From NCBI GenBank assembly GCA_964016885.1, contig OZ024744.1, forward strand, positions 109,988,001-110,052,000: 64,000 nucleotides of DNA, in the 5' to 3' direction. The notes under the pieces are model-generated. The model had not been told where the DNA came from and did not search any database. It saw only the letters and a list, made by a program, of their open reading frames with translations. This document shows, one piece after another, positions 29,105 to 42,740 of this stretch. Origin of the DNA: Eledone cirrhosa. Its lineage: Eukaryota. Position 1 is the stretch's first letter. Every line of letters begins with the position of its first letter. Both the position numbers and the translations under genes were made by a program.

Positions 29105-32100
29105 TAAGTATATACGTTCAACAATCTGCCAGGAAGGTATACGTTGCTGACGATAGCTAATAAGCTTGAAACTAGTACAGCGTTCTTTTGTCAGTGTCGA
29201 ACAAACGAGCAACGATGGTTGGTGGACACTAAGGCTTAATACGGGGATATTTGTTTACAAACACACCGAGCATTATAATAAATGTTCGGTGAATACATAC
29301 GTACATATATATATGTGTGCATGTATGTATAAATATATACATACTACTGTACGTCTGTATACATATATGTATGTAGTTGTACATACTTATATTTAAGTTA
29401 CAGCCGTACTAAGAGTGGGAAATGAAATTTCGTTTCATTTTTTCCGTTTATCGTTTTCGGTGCACCCGGCCGATTAACCGACTCTATATGCAAATTGAGC
29501 TACTCTGCCGTTAATATGCCTAAGTTAAGTATATACGTTCAACAATCTGGCAGGAAGGTATACGTTGCTGACGATAGCTAATAAGCTTGAAACTAGTACA
29601 GCGTTCCTTTGTCAGTGTTGAACAAACGAGCAACGATGGTTGGTAGACACTACGGCTTAATACGGGATGTTTGTTTACAAACACACCGAGCATTATAATA
29701 AATGTTCGGTGAATCCATACGTACATATATATATGTGTGCATGTATGTATATACATATATACATACTACTGTACGTCTGTATACATATATGTATGTACGT
29801 GTACTTACTTATATTTAAGTAAGAGCCGTACTAAGAGTGGGAAATGAAATTTCCTTTCATTTTTTTCCGTTTATCTTTTTCGTTGCACCCGGCCGATTAA
29901 CCCACTCGATATGCAATTTGGGCTACTCAATCGTTAATATTCATAAGTTAAGTATATACGTTCAACGATCTGGCAGGAAGGTATACGTTGCTGACGATGG
30001 CTAGTAAGCTTGAAACTAGTACAGTGTTCCTTTGTCAGTGTTGAACAAACGAGCAACGATGGTTGCTAGACACTACGGCTTAATACGGGATGTTTGTTTA
30101 CAAACACACCGATCATTATAATAAATGTTCGGTGAATCCATACGTACATATATATATATGTGTGCATGTATGTATATATATATACATACTACTGTACGTC
30201 TGTATACATATATGTATGTACGTGTACATACTTATATTTAAGTAACAGCCGTACTAAGAGTGGGAATGAAATTTCGTTTCATTTTTTCCGTTCATCCTTT
30301 TCGTTGTACCCGGCCGATTAACCCACTCGATATGCAAATTGAGCTACTCAGCCATTAATATGCATAAGGTAAGTATATACGTTCAACAATCTGGCAGGAA
30401 GGTATACGTTGCTGACGATAGCTAATAAGCTTGAAACTAGTACAGCGATCCTTTGTCAGTGTTGAACAAACGAGCAACGACGGTTGGTAGACACTACGGC
30501 TTAATACGGGATGTTTGTTTACAAACACACCGAGCATTATAATAAATGTTCGTTGAATACATACGTACATATATATATGTGTGCATGTATGTATAAATAT
30601 ATACATACTACTGTACGTCTGTATACATATATGTATGTAGGTGTACATACTTATATTTAAGTTACAGCCGTACTAAGAGTGGGAAATGAAATTTCGTTTC
30701 ATTTTTTCCTTTTATCGTTTTCGGTGCACCCGGCCAATTAACCGACTCTATATGCAAATTGAGCTACTCTGCCGTTAATATGCCTAAGTTAAGTATATAC
30801 GTTCAACAATCTGCCAGGAAGGTATACGTTGCTGACGATAGCTAATAAGCTTGAAACTAGTACAGCGTTCTTTTGTCAGTGTTGAACAAACGAGCAACGA
30901 TGGTTGGTAGACACTACGGCTTAATACGGGATGTTTGTTTACAAACACACAAAGCATTATAATAAATGTTCGGTGAATACATACGTACATATATATATGT
31001 GTGCATGTATGTATAAATATATACATACTACTGTACGTCTGTATACATATATGTATGTAGTTGTACATACTTATATTTAAGTTACAGCCGTACTAAGAGT
31101 GGGAAATGAAATTTCGTTTCATTTTTCCGTTTATCGTTTTCGGTGCACCCGGCCGATTAACCGACTCTATATGCAAATTGAGCTACTCTGCCGTTAATAT
31201 GCCTAAGTTAAGTATATACGTTCAACAATCTGGCAGGAAGGTATACGTTGCTGACGATAGCTAATAAGCTTGAAACTAGTACAGCGTTCCTTTGTCAGTG
31301 TTGAACAAACGAGCAACGATGGTTGGTAGACACTACGGCTTAATACGGGATGTTTCTTTACAAACACACCGAGCATTATAATAAATGTTCGGTGAATCCA
31401 TACGTACATATATATATGTGTGCATGTATGTATATACATATATACATACTACTGTACGTCTGTATACATATATGTATGTACGTGTACTTACTTATATTTA
31501 AGTAAGAGCCGTACTAAGAGTGGGAAATGAAATTTCGTTTCATTTTTTTCCGTTTATCTTTTTCGTTGCACCCGGCCGATTAACCCACTCGATATGCAAT
31601 TTGGGCTACTCAATCGTTAATATTCATAAGGTAAGTATATACGTTCAACAATCCAGCAGGAAGGTATACGTTGCTGACGATAGCAAATAAGCTTGAAACT
31701 AGTACAGCGTTCCCTTGTTAGTGTTGAACAAACGAGCAACGATGGTTGCTAGACACTACAGCATAATACGGGATGTTAGTTTACAAACACACCGAGCATT
31801 ATAATAAATGTTCGGTGGATCCATACGTACATATATATATATATGTGTGCATATATGTATATATATATACATACTACTGTGCGTATGTATACATATATGT
31901 ATGTACGTGTACATACGAATATTTAAGTAACCGCCGAACTAAGTGTGGGAAATGAAATTTTTCGTTTCATTTTTTTCCGTTTATCGTTTTCGGTGCACCC
32001 GGCCGATTAACCCACTCTATATGCAAATTGAGCTACGCTGCCGTTATTATGCCTAAGTTAAGTATATACGTTCAACGATCTGGCAGGAAGGTATACGTTG

Positions 32101-35100
32101 CTGACGATGGCTAGTAAGCTTGAAACTAGTACAGTGTTCCTTTGTCAGTGTTGAACAAACGAGCAACGATGGTTGCTAGACACTACGGCTTAATACGGGA
32201 TGTTTGTTTACAAACACACCGATCATTATAATAAATGTTCGGTGAATCCATACGTACATATATATATATGTGTGCATGTATGTATATATATATACATACT
32301 ACTGTACGTCTGTATACATATATGTATGTACGTGTACATACTTATATTTAAGTAACAGCCGTACTAAGAGTGGGAATGAAATTTCGTTTCATTTTTTCCG
32401 TTCATCCTTTTCGGTGTACCCGGCCGATTAACCCACTCGATATGCAAATTGAGCTACTCAGCCATTAATATGCATAAGGTAAGTATATACGTTCAACAAT
32501 CTGGCAGGAAGGTATACGTTGCTGACGATAGCTAATAAGCTTGAAACTAGTACAGCGATCCTTTGTCAGTGTTGAACAAACGAGCAACGACGGTTGGTAG
32601 ACACTACGGCTTAATACGGGATGTTTGTTTACAAACACACCGAGCATTATAATAAATGTTCGTTGAATACATACGTACATATATATGTGTGCATGTATGT
32701 ATAAATATATACATACTACTGTACGTCTGTATACATATATGTATGTAGGTGTACATACTTATATTTAAGTTACAGCCGTACTAAGAGTGGGAAATGAAAT
32801 TTCGTTTCATTTTTTCCTTTTATCGTTTTCGGTGCACCCGGCCGATTAACCGACTCTATATGCAAATTGAGCTACTCTGCCGTTAATATGCCTAAGTTAA
32901 GTATATACGTTCAACAATCTGCCAGGAAGGTATACGTTGCTGACGATAGCTAATAAGCTTGAAACTAGTACAGCGTTCTTTTGTCAGTGTCGAACAAACG
33001 AGCAACGATGGTTGGTGGACACTAAGGCTTAATACGGGGATATTTGTTTACAAACACACCGAGCATTATAATAAATGTTCGGTGAATACATACGTACATA
33101 TATATATGTGTGCATGTATGTATAAATATATACATACTACTGTACGTCTGTATACATATATGTATGTAGTTGTACATACTTATATTTAAGTTACAGCCGT
33201 ACTAAGAGTGGGAAATGAAATTTCGTTTCATTTTTTCCGTTTATCGTTTTCGGTGCACCCGGCCGATTAACCGACTCTATATGCAAATTGAGCTACTCTG
33301 CCGTTAATATGCCTAAGTTAAGTATATACGTTCAACAATCTGGCAGGAAGGTATACGTTGCTGACGATAGCTAATAAGCTTGAAACTAGTACAGCGTTCC
33401 TTTGTCAGTGTTGAACAAACGAGCAACGATGGTTGGTAGACACTACGGCTTAATACGGGATGTTTGTTTACAAACACACCGAGCATTATAATAAATGTTC
33501 GGTGAATCCATACGTACATATATATATGTGTGCATGTATGTATATACATATATACATACTACTGTACGTCTGTATACATATATGTATGTACGTGTACTTA
33601 CTTATATTTAAGTAAGAGCCGTACTAAGAGTGGGAAATGAAATTTCCTTTCATTTTTTTCCGTTTATCTTTTTCGTTGCACCCGGCCGATTAACCCACTC
33701 GATATGCAATTTGGGCTACTCAATCGTTAATATTCATAAGTTAAGTATATACGTTCAACGATCTGGCAGGAAGGTATACGTTGCTGACGATGGCTAGTAA
33801 GCTTGAAACTAGTACAGTGTTCCTTTGTCAGTGTTGAACAAACGAGCAACGATGGTTGCTAGACACTACGGCTTAATACGGGATGTTTGTTTACAAACAC
33901 ACCGATCATTATAATAAATGTTCGGTGAATCCATACGTACATATATATATATGTGTGCATGTATGTATATATATATACATACTACTGTACGTCTGTATAC
34001 ATATATGTATGTACGTGTACATACTTATATTTAAGTAACAGCCGTACTAAGAGTGGGAATGAAATTTCGTTTCATTTTTTCCGTTCATCCTTTTCGTTGT
34101 ACCCGGCCGATTAACCCACTCGATATGCAAATTGAGCTACTCAGCCATTAATATGCATAAGGTAAGTATATACGTTCAACAATCTGGCAGGAAGGTATAC
34201 GTTGCTGACGATAGCTAATAAGCTTGAAACTAGTACAGCGATCCTTTGTCAGTGTTGAACAAACGAGCAACGACGGTTGGTAGACACTACGGCTTAATAC
34301 GGGATGTTTGTTTACAAACACACCGAGCATTATAATAAATGTTCGTTGAATACATACGTACATATATATATGTGTGCATGTATGTATAAATATATACATA
34401 CTACTGTACGTCTGTATACATATATGTATGTAGGTGTACATACTTATATTTAAGTTACAGCCGTACTAAGAGTGGGAAATGAAATTTCGTTTCATTTTTT
34501 CCTTTTATCGTTTTCGGTGCACCCGGCCAATTAACCGACTCTATATGCAAATTGAGCTACTCTGCCGTTAATATGCCTAAGTTAAGTATATACGTTCAAC
34601 AATCTGCCAGGAAGGTATACGTTGCTGACGATAGCTAATAAGCTTGAAACTAGTACAGCGTTCTTTTGTCAGTGTTGAACAAACGAGCAACGATGGTTGG
34701 TAGACACTACGGCTTAATACGGGATGTTTGTTTACAAACACACAAAGCATTATAATAAATGTTCGGTGAATACATACGTACATATATATATGTGTGCATG
34801 TATGTATAAATATATACATACTACTGTACGTCTGTATACATATATGTATGTAGTTGTACATACTTATATTTAAGTTACAGCCGTACTAAGAGTGGGAAAT
34901 GAAATTTCGTTTCATTTTTCCGTTTATCGTTTTCGGTGCACCCGGCCGATTAACCGACTCTATATGCAAATTGAGCTACTCTGCCGTTAATATGCCTAAG
35001 TTAAGTATATACGTTCAACAATCTGGCAGGAAGGTATACGTTGCTGACGATAGCTAATAAGCTTGAAACTAGTACAGCGTTCCTTTGTCAGTGTTGAACA

Positions 35101-38100
35101 AACGAGCAACGATGGTTGGTAGACACTACGGCTTAATACGGGATGTTTCTTTACAAACACACCGAGCATTATAATAAATGTTCGGTGAATCCATACGTAC
35201 ATATATATATGTGTGCATGTATGTATATACATATATACATACTACTGTACGTCTGTATACATATATGTATGTACGTGTACTTACTTATATTTAAGTAAGA
35301 GCCGTACTAAGAGTGGGAAATGAAATTTCGTTTCATTTTTTTCCGTTTATCTTTTTCGTTGCACCCGGCCGATTAACCCACTCGATATGCAATTTGGGCT
35401 ACTCAATCGTTAATATTCATAAGGTAAGTATATACGTTCAACAATCCAGCAGGAAGGTATACGTTGCTGACGATAGCAAATAAGCTTGAAACTAGTACAG
35501 CGTTCCCTTGTTAGTGTTGAACAAACGAGCAACGATGGTTGCTAGACACTACAGCATAATACGGGATGTTAGTTTACAAACACACCGAGCATTATAATAA
35601 ATGTTCGGTGGATCCATACGTACATATATATATATATGTGTGCATATATGTATATATATATACATACTACTGTGCGTATGTATACATATATGTATGTACG
35701 TGTACATACGAATATTTAAGTAACCGCCGAACTAAGTGTGGGAAATGAAATTTTTCGTTTCATTTTTTTCCGTTTATCGTTTTCGGTGCACCCGGCCGAT
35801 TAACCCACTCTATATGCAAATTGAGCTACGCTGCCGTTATTATGCCTAAGTTAAGTATATACGTTCAACGATCTGGCAGGAAGGTATACGTTGCTGACGA
35901 TGGCTAGTAAGCTTGAAACTAGTACAGTGTTCCTTTGTCAGTGTTGAACAAACGAGCAACGATGGTTGCTAGACACTACGGCTTAATACGGGATGTTTGT
36001 TTACAAACACACCGATCATTATAATAAATGTTCGGTGAATCCATACGTACATATATATATATGTGTGCATGTATGTATATATATATACATACTACTGTAC
36101 GTCTGTATACATATATGTATGTACGTGTACATACTTATATTTAAGTAACAGCCGTACTAAGAGTGGGAATGAAATTTCGTTTCATTTTTTCCGTTCATCC
36201 TTTTCGGTGTACCCGGCCGATTAACCCACTCGATATGCAAATTGAGCTACTCAGCCATTAATATGCATAAGGTAAGTATATACGTTCAACAATCTGGCAG
36301 GAAGGTATACGTTGCTGACGATAGCTAATAAGCTTGAAACTAGTACAGCGATCCTTTGTCAGTGTTGAACAAACGAGCAACGACGGTTGGTAGACACTAC
36401 GGCTTAATACGGGATGTTTGTTTACAAACACACCGAGCATTATAATAAATGTTCGTTGAATACATACGTACATATATATGTGTGCATGTATGTATAAATA
36501 TATACATACTACTGTACGTCTGTATACATATATGTATGTAGGTGTACATACTTATATTTAAGTTACAGCCGTACTAAGAGTGGGAAATGAAATTTCGTTT
36601 CATTTTTTCCTTTTATCGTTTTCGGTGCACCCGGCCGATTAACCGACTCTATATGCAAATTGAGCTACTCTGCCGTTAATATGCCTAAGTTAAGTATATA
36701 CGTTCAACAATCTGCCAGGAAGGTATACGTTGCTGACGATAGCTAATAAGCTTGAAACTAGTACAGCGTTCTTTTGTCAGTGTTGAACAAACGAGCAACG
36801 AAGGTTGGTAGACACTACGGCTTAATACGGGATGTTTGTTTACAAACACACCGAGCATTATAATAAATGTTCGGTGAATACATACGTACATATATATATG
36901 TGTGCATGTATGTATAAATATATACATACTACTGTACGTCTGTATACATATATGTATGTAGGTGTACATACTTATATTTAAGTTACAGCCGTACTAAGAG
37001 TGGGAAATGAAATTTCGTTTCATTTTTTCCGTTTATCGTTTTCGGTGCACCCGGCCGATTAACCGACTCGATGTCCAAATTACGCTGCTCAGCCGTTAAT
37101 ATGCATAAGGTAAGTATATACGTTCAACAATCTGCAGGTAGGTATACGTTGCTGACGACAGCTAATAAGCTTGAAACTAGTACAGCGTTCCTTTGTCAGC
37201 GTTGAACAAACGAGCAGCGATGGTTGCTAGACACTACGGCTTAATACGGGATGTTTGTTTACAAACACACCGAGTATTATAATAAATGTTCGGTGAATCC
37301 ATACGTACATATATATATGTGTGCATGTATGTATATATATATACATACTACTGTACGTCTGTATACATATGTTTATGTACGTGTACATACTTATATTTAA
37401 GTAACAGCCGTACTAAGAGTGGGAAATGAAATTTCGTTTCATTTTTTCCGTTCATCGTTTTCGGTGCACCCGGCCGATTAACCGACTCTATATACAAATT
37501 GAGCTACTCTGCCGTTAATATGCCTTAGTTAAGTATATACGTTCAACAATCTGGCAGGAAGGTATATGTTGCTGACGATAGCTAATAAGCTTGAAACTAG
37601 TACAGCGTTCCTTTGTCAGCGTTGAACAAACGAGCAACGATGTTTGGTAGACACTACGGCTTAATACGGGATGTTTGTTTACAAACACACCGAGCATTAT
37701 AATAAATGTTCGTTGAATACATACGTACATATATATGTGTGCATGTATGTATAAATATATACATACTACTGTACGTCTGTATACATATATGTATGTAGGT
37801 GTACATACTTATATTTAAGTTACAGCCGTACTAAGAGTGGGAAATGAAATTTCGTTTCATTTTTTCCTTTTATCGTTTTCGGTGCACCCGGCCGATTAAC
37901 CGACTCTATATGCAAATTGAGCTACTCTGCCGTTAATATGCCTAAGTTAAGTATATACGTTCAACAATCTGCCAGGAAGGTATACGTTGCTGACGATAGC
38001 TAATAAGCTTGAAACTAGTACAGCGTTCTTTTGTCAGTGTCGAACAAACGAGCAACGATGGTTGGTGGACACTAAGGCTTAATACGGGGATATTTGTTTA

Positions 38101-41100
38101 CAAACACACCGAGCATTATAATAAATGTTCGGTGAATACATACGTACATATATATATGTGTGCATGTATGTATAAATATATACATACTACTGTACGTCTG
38201 TATACATATATGTATGTAGTTGTACATACTTATATTTAAGTTACAGCCGTACTAAGAGTGGGAAATGAAATTTCGTTTCATTTTTTCCGTTTATCGTTTT
38301 CGGTGCACCCGGCCGATTAACCGACTCTATATGCAAATTGAGCTACTCTGCCGTTAATATGCCTAAGTTAAGTATATACGTTCAACAATCTGGCAGGAAG
38401 GTATACGTTGCTGACGATAGCTAATAAGCTTGAAACTAGTACAGCGTTCCTTTGTCAGTGTTGAACAAACGAGCAACGATGGTTGGTAGACACTACGGCT
38501 TAATACGGGATGTTTGTTTACAAACACACCGAGCATTATAATAAATGTTCGGTGAATCCATACGTACATATATATATGTGTGCATGTATGTATATACATA
38601 TATACATACTACTGTACGTCTGTATACATATATGTATGTACGTGTACTTACTTATATTTAAGTAAGAGCCGTACTAAGAGTGGGAAATGAAATTTCCTTT
38701 CATTTTTTTCCGTTTATCTTTTTCGTTGCACCCGGCCGATTAACCCACTCGATATGCAATTTGGGCTACTCAATCGTTAATATTCATAAGTTAAGTATAT
38801 ACGTTCAACGATCTGGCAGGAAGGTATACGTTGCTGACGATGGCTAGTAAGCTTGAAACTAGTACAGTGTTCCTTTGTCAGTGTTGAACAAACGAGCAAC
38901 GATGGTTGCTAGACACTACGGCTTAATACGGGATGTTTGTTTACAAACACACCGATCATTATAATAAATGTTCGGTGAATCCATACGTACATATATATAT
39001 ATGTGTGCATGTATGTATATATATATACATACTACTGTACGTCTGTATACATATATGTATGTACGTGTACATACTTATATTTAAGTAACAGCCGTACTAA
39101 GAGTGGGAATGAAATTTCGTTTCATTTTTTCCGTTCATCCTTTTCGTTGTACCCGGCCGATTAACCCACTCGATATGCAAATTGAGCTACTCAGCCATTA
39201 ATATGCATAAGGTAAGTATATACGTTCAACAATCTGGCAGGAAGGTATACGTTGCTGACGATAGCTAATAAGCTTGAAACTAGTACAGCGATCCTTTGTC
39301 AGTGTTGAACAAACGAGCAACGACGGTTGGTAGACACTACGGCTTAATACGGGATGTTTGTTTACAAACACACCGAGCATTATAATAAATGTTCGTTGAA
39401 TACATACGTACATATATATATGTGTGCATGTATGTATAAATATATACATACTACTGTACGTCTGTATACATATATGTATGTAGGTGTACATACTTATATT
39501 TAAGTTACAGCCGTACTAAGAGTGGGAAATGAAATTTCGTTTCATTTTTTCCTTTTATCGTTTTCGGTGCACCCGGCCAATTAACCGACTCTATATGCAA
39601 ATTGAGCTACTCTGCCGTTAATATGCCTAAGTTAAGTATATACGTTCAACAATCTGCCAGGAAGGTATACGTTGCTGACGATAGCTAATAAGCTTGAAAC
39701 TAGTACAGCGTTCTTTTGTCAGTGTTGAACAAACGAGCAACGATGGTTGGTAGACACTACGGCTTAATACGGGATGTTTGTTTACAAACACACAAAGCAT
39801 TATAATAAATGTTCGGTGAATACATACGTACATATATATATGTGTGCATGTATGTATAAATATATACATACTACTGTACGTCTGTATACATATATGTATG
39901 TAGTTGTACATACTTATATTTAAGTTACAGCCGTACTAAGAGTGGGAAATGAAATTTCGTTTCATTTTTCCGTTTATCGTTTTCGGTGCACCCGGCCGAT
40001 TAACCGACTCTATATGCAAATTGAGCTACTCTGCCGTTAATATGCCTAAGTTAAGTATATACGTTCAACAATCTGGCAGGAAGGTATACGTTGCTGACGA
40101 TAGCTAATAAGCTTGAAACTAGTACAGCGTTCCTTTGTCAGTGTTGAACAAACGAGCAACGATGGTTGGTAGACACTACGGCTTAATACGGGATGTTTCT
40201 TTACAAACACACCGAGCATTATAATAAATGTTCGGTGAATCCATACGTACATATATATATGTGTGCATGTATGTATATACATATATACATACTACTGTAC
40301 GTCTGTATACATATATGTATGTACGTGTACTTACTTATATTTAAGTAAGAGCCGTACTAAGAGTGGGAAATGAAATTTCGTTTCATTTTTTTCCGTTTAT
40401 CTTTTTCGTTGCACCCGGCCGATTAACCCACTCGATATGCAATTTGGGCTACTCAATCGTTAATATTCATAAGGTAAGTATATACGTTCAACAATCCAGC
40501 AGGAAGGTATACGTTGCTGACGATAGCAAATAAGCTTGAAACTAGTACAGCGTTCCCTTGTTAGTGTTGAACAAACGAGCAACGATGGTTGCTAGACACT
40601 ACAGCATAATACGGGATGTTAGTTTACAAACACACCGAGCATTATAATAAATGTTCGGTGGATCCATACGTACATATATATATATATGTGTGCATATATG
40701 TATATATATATACATACTACTGTGCGTATGTATACATATATGTATGTACGTGTACATACGAATATTTAAGTAACCGCCGAACTAAGTGTGGGAAATGAAA
40801 TTTTTCGTTTCATTTTTTTCCGTTTATCGTTTTCGGTGCACCCGGCCGATTAACCCACTCTATATGCAAATTGATCTACGCTGCCGTTATTATGCCTAAG
40901 TTAAGTATATACGTTCAACGATCTGGCAGGAAGGTATACGTTGCTGACGATGGCTAGTAAGCTTGAAACTAGTACAGTGTTCCTTTGTCAGTGTTGAACA
41001 AACGAGCAACGATGGTTGCTAGACACTACGGCTTAATACGGGATGTTTGTTTACAAACACACCGATCATTATAATAAATGTTCGGTGAATCCATACGTAC

Positions 41101-42740
41101 ATATATATATATGTGTGCATGTATGTATATATATATACATACTACTGTACGTCTGTATACATATATGTATGTACGTGTACATACTTATATTTAAGTAACA
41201 GCCGTACTAAGAGTGGGAATGAAATTTCGTTTCATTTTTTCCGTTCATCCTTTTCGGTGTACCCGGCCGATTAACCCACTCGATATGCAAATTGAGCTAC
41301 TCAGCCATTAATATGCATAAGGTAAGTATATACGTTCAACAATCTGGCAGGAAGGTATACGTTGCTGACGATAGCTAATAAGCTTGAAACTAGTACAGCG
41401 ATCCTTTGTCAGTGTTGAACAAACGAGCAACGACGGTTGGTAGACACTACGGCTTAATACGGGATGTTTGTTTACAAACACACCGAGCATTATAATAAAT
41501 GTTCGTTGAATACATACGTACATATATATGTGTGCATGTATGTATAAATATATACATACTACTGTACGTCTGTATACATATATGTATGTAGGTGTACATA
41601 CTTATATTTAAGTTACAGCCGTACTAAGAGTGGGAAATGAAATTTCGTTTCATTTTTTCCTTTTATCGTTTTCGGTGCACCCGGCCGATTAACCGACTCT
41701 ATATGCAAATTGAGCTACTCTGCCGTTAATATGCCTAAGTTAAGTATATACGTTCAACAATCTGCCAGGAAGGTATACGTTGCTGACGATAGCTAATAAG
41801 CTTGAAACTAGTACAGCGTTCTTTTGTCAGTGTTGAACAAACGAGCAACGAAGGTTGGTAGACACTACGGCTTAATACGGGATGTTTGTTTACAAACACA
41901 CCGAGCATTATAATAAATGTTCGGTGAATACATACGTACATATATATATGTGTGCATGTATGTATAAATATATACATACTACTGTACGTCTGTATACATA
42001 TATGTATGTAGGTGTACATACTTATATTTAAGTTACAGCCGTACTAAGAGTGGGAAATGAAATTTCGTTTCATTTTTTCCGTTTATCGTTTTCGGTGCAC
42101 CCGGCCGATTAACCGACTCGATGTCCAAATTACGCTGCTCAGCCGTTAATATGCATAAGGTAAGTATATACGTTCAACAATCTGCAGGTAGGTATACGTT
42201 GCTGACGACAGCTAATAAGCTTGAAACTAGTACAGCGTTCCTTTGTCAGCGTTGAACAAACGAGCAGCGATGGTTGCTAGACACTACGGCTTAATACGGG
42301 ATGTTTGTTTACAAACACACCGAGTATTATAATAAATGTTCGGTGAATCCATACGTACATATATATATGTGTGCATGTATGTATATATATATACATACTA
42401 CTGTACGTCTGTATACATATGTTTATGTACGTGTACATACTTATATTTAAGTAACAGCCGTACTAAGAGTGGGAAATGAAATTTCGTTTCATTTTTTCCG
42501 TTCATCGTTTTCGGTGCACCCGGCCGATTAACCGACTCTATATACAAATTGAGCTACTCTGCCGTTAATATGCCTTAGTTAAGTATATACGTTCAACAAT
42601 CTGGCAGGAAGGTATATGTTGCTGACGATAGCTAATAAGCTTGAAACTAGTACAGCGTTCCTTTGTCAGCGTTGAACAAACGAGCAACGATGTTTGGTAG
42701 ACACTACGGCTTAATACGGGATGTTTGTTTACAAACACAC
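29105..42740 (+). repeat. Nested higher-order repeat: 9-mer (3793 bp) within a 12-mer (5050 bp) duplication; three copies of the 9-mer core
   Basis: Offsets of 3793 (29166/32959, 31773/35566) and 5050 (32959/38009, 36685/41735, 37515/42565). Private markers GGTGGACACTAAGG...GGGGATAT at ~29221, ~33014, ~38064 and ATCCAGCAGG at 31651, 35444, 40494. Confidence 0.95.
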
